From: Octopus vulgaris
Lineage: Eukaryota
Assembly (NCBI GenBank): GCA_951406725.2
Contig: OX597827.1
Location: 24,118,001-24,182,000, forward strand
DNA: 64,000 nucleotides
Reading direction: 5' to 3'
The notes beneath the pieces are model-generated. The model was not told where the DNA came from. It was given only the letters and a program-made list of their open reading frames with translations, and ran no database searches. How positions within the stretch are numbered: the first letter of the stretch is position 1; every line of letters starts with the position of its first letter. Of the stretch, positions 62,659-64,000 are shown one piece after another. A program made the position numbers and the translations under genes.

Positions 62659-64000
62659 CTACTTACTGTTGTTGGTGGTGGGGGTGGCTCCCTTGTGCTT
62701 TTGCACGGGTGCTTCAATAATATTTTTGTAAAGTTTCTGAGAGAAACTTTTCCCTAACGATCCCACATCGTTAGGGAATATTTGTTTTATTTCGTTGTAA
62801 ACTGTTTTGTTTATTTTTATTGTGAGAATGTGTGCTGGTGGTGTGTTGTGTGTAGGTATTATGAAATCTGTAATGTTTGTGCTTGTTTTGTTTTTCAAAT
62901 ACTCAACCAGTTCCTGGTTTCTTGTATTCACTGCTGTAATTGTGTCTGTGTTTGTTTGTGTCTGTGGCAGTGGCAGTAGTGGTGTCGAAAGTGTTGTTGT
63001 TGTTGTTTGTTGTTGTGAATGTGTATTGTTGTTGATGTTGTTGTTGATGTTGGGAAGTACTATTTGTTCGTGTTTCCCCTGTAAATCTTTTTGTTTTTTC
63101 CTCCTTTTCTTTTTTGGAGGCACTATGTTCCATTCTCCTTTGTTGGAATCAGAGCTCGCACAATCCGAGATCTCTTCATCCGGCAAAGGAATGGTTGAGG
63201 GGTCTGCTTCAGTAGCAGGACGAAAGGTTTTTGGTTCCGCCGGTATCGGTGGTGCCGCTGCTCCTGTTGCTGTTGATTTTGCTGCAGTTGATTTTCGAGG
63301 TACTGGTGTCGGTGTTGGTTTGGTGGCGGTTGTTGTTGTTGGAGGTGGTGTTGTTCGTCTTGGTGCTGGTGTTGGTGTGGCAGCCTTTGGTGTTTCGTGC
63401 TGTTTTTGTTGTTTCTGTTGTTGTTGTTGTTGCTGCCTCTTGCTATACTCCTCCATTCTCTTTTTCTGAATGGGGCAGTCCCTTTTCAGGTGGCTTTCGC
63501 TACTGCAGAGGAAACATTTTGGCTTTCGCCCCTCTACAGTAACATTTAGCCTGGTCCCATCCAGTAAGATGACAAAGTCAGGTATGGCATTGATGTTTTC
63601 CTGCTGGATCTGTACCAGCAGTTGAATACCCATGCCCGACCAGTTCTTTTCTCGTACCCTCCGAACATTCAGAATAGTGGCAGTGTCCTCTATGCCATAG
63701 AGGACAGCCGCCACTAGCCATGAGATTTTCTGTTCGGGGGGTATTGTGTTGATTGTTATTTTTTGTACCTTACGCCCGAGGTACGTCGGGACGAGGAACA
63801 AATGTTCATTTTGCAAGGGCGAAATGGCGTTCGCCCTTGCAAGCTCCTCTGTTGGGAAGCGAACCTCCACGGTTCCAAAACGCTTCCCTCTTGTCACATA
63901 ACTCTTCTGGCCCCAAATGGGCTTCAGAGCCATCTCTAACTGTTGTGGTGTGGCGTTAAACAATCTTTTAGTTTTCTTTTCGAAAACTTTATAAAAGATT
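62659..64000 (-). CDS. Tx1-like ORF1 (N-terminus outside the window)
   Basis: Near-identical to the unit C ORF1; contains the CCHC knuckle. Confidence 0.85.
   Translation of the reverse strand, partial: IFYKVFEKKTKRLFNATPQQLEMALKPIWGQKSYVTRGKRFGTVEVRFPTEELARANAISPLQNEHLFLVPTYLGRKVQKITINTIPPEQKISWLVAAVLYGIEDTATILNVRRVREKNWSGMGIQLLVQIQQENINAIPDFVILLDGTRLNVTVEGRKPKCFLCSSESHLKRDCPIQKKRMEEYSKRQQQQQQQKQQKQHETPKAATPTPAPRRTTPPPTTTTATKPTPTPVPRKSTAAKSTATGAAAPPIPAEPKTFRPATEADPSTIPLPDEEISDCASSDSNKGEWNIVPPKKKRRKKQKDLQGKHEQIVLPNINNNINNNTHSQQQTTTTTLSTPLLPLPQTQTNTDTITAVNTRNQELVEYLKNKTSTNITDFIIPTHNTPPAHILTIKINKTVYNEIKQIFPNDVGSLGKSFSQKLYKNIIEAPVQKHKGATPTTNNSK

Larger units (their letters stand above)
58960..64000 (-). 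mobile_element. Tx1-like LINE unit A (5' end lies beyond the window)
   Basis: ORF1 from 62659 to beyond 63963, APE 62065-62616, RT ORF 59240-62053, 3' UTR ending AATAAAAAAAGA. Confidence 0.93.

Noticed and set aside
50874-63959. Long plus-strand ORFs (280, 269, 220 aa and others)
   Set aside because: Antisense shadows of Tx1 ORF1 and ORF2.

Overview
AT-rich, microsatellite-dense eukaryotic DNA. The SINE and RTE repeat families suggest a coleoid cephalopod such as Octopus (inference). Two host genes lie head-to-head near 34.7-35.0 kb. RPL26 is on the minus strand with 3 coding exons (143 aa) and a probable TOP-type first exon. POMK (protein O-mannose kinase) is on the plus strand with 2 coding exons (343 aa). 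The rest is mostly mobile DNA: tRNA-headed SINEs, RTE 3' ends, two mariner-type relics, TTAA piggyBac-type MITEs, fold-back MITEs with GG..CC ends and 8-bp TSDs, a Merlin/IS1595 transposase relic and two Gypsy relics. From 50.5 kb to the window end there is a head-to-tail array of at least three Tx1-like LINEs joined by (AAT)n tracts. The most notable signal not shown by the ORF track is a cluster of Penelope-type (type I) hammerhead ribozyme motifs at about 7-16 kb: three with intact cores and unusually long stem II, plus several decayed ones. They sit in non-coding, partly inverted-repeat elements among (TA)n tracts. All calls were made by eye; repeat boundaries are approximate.
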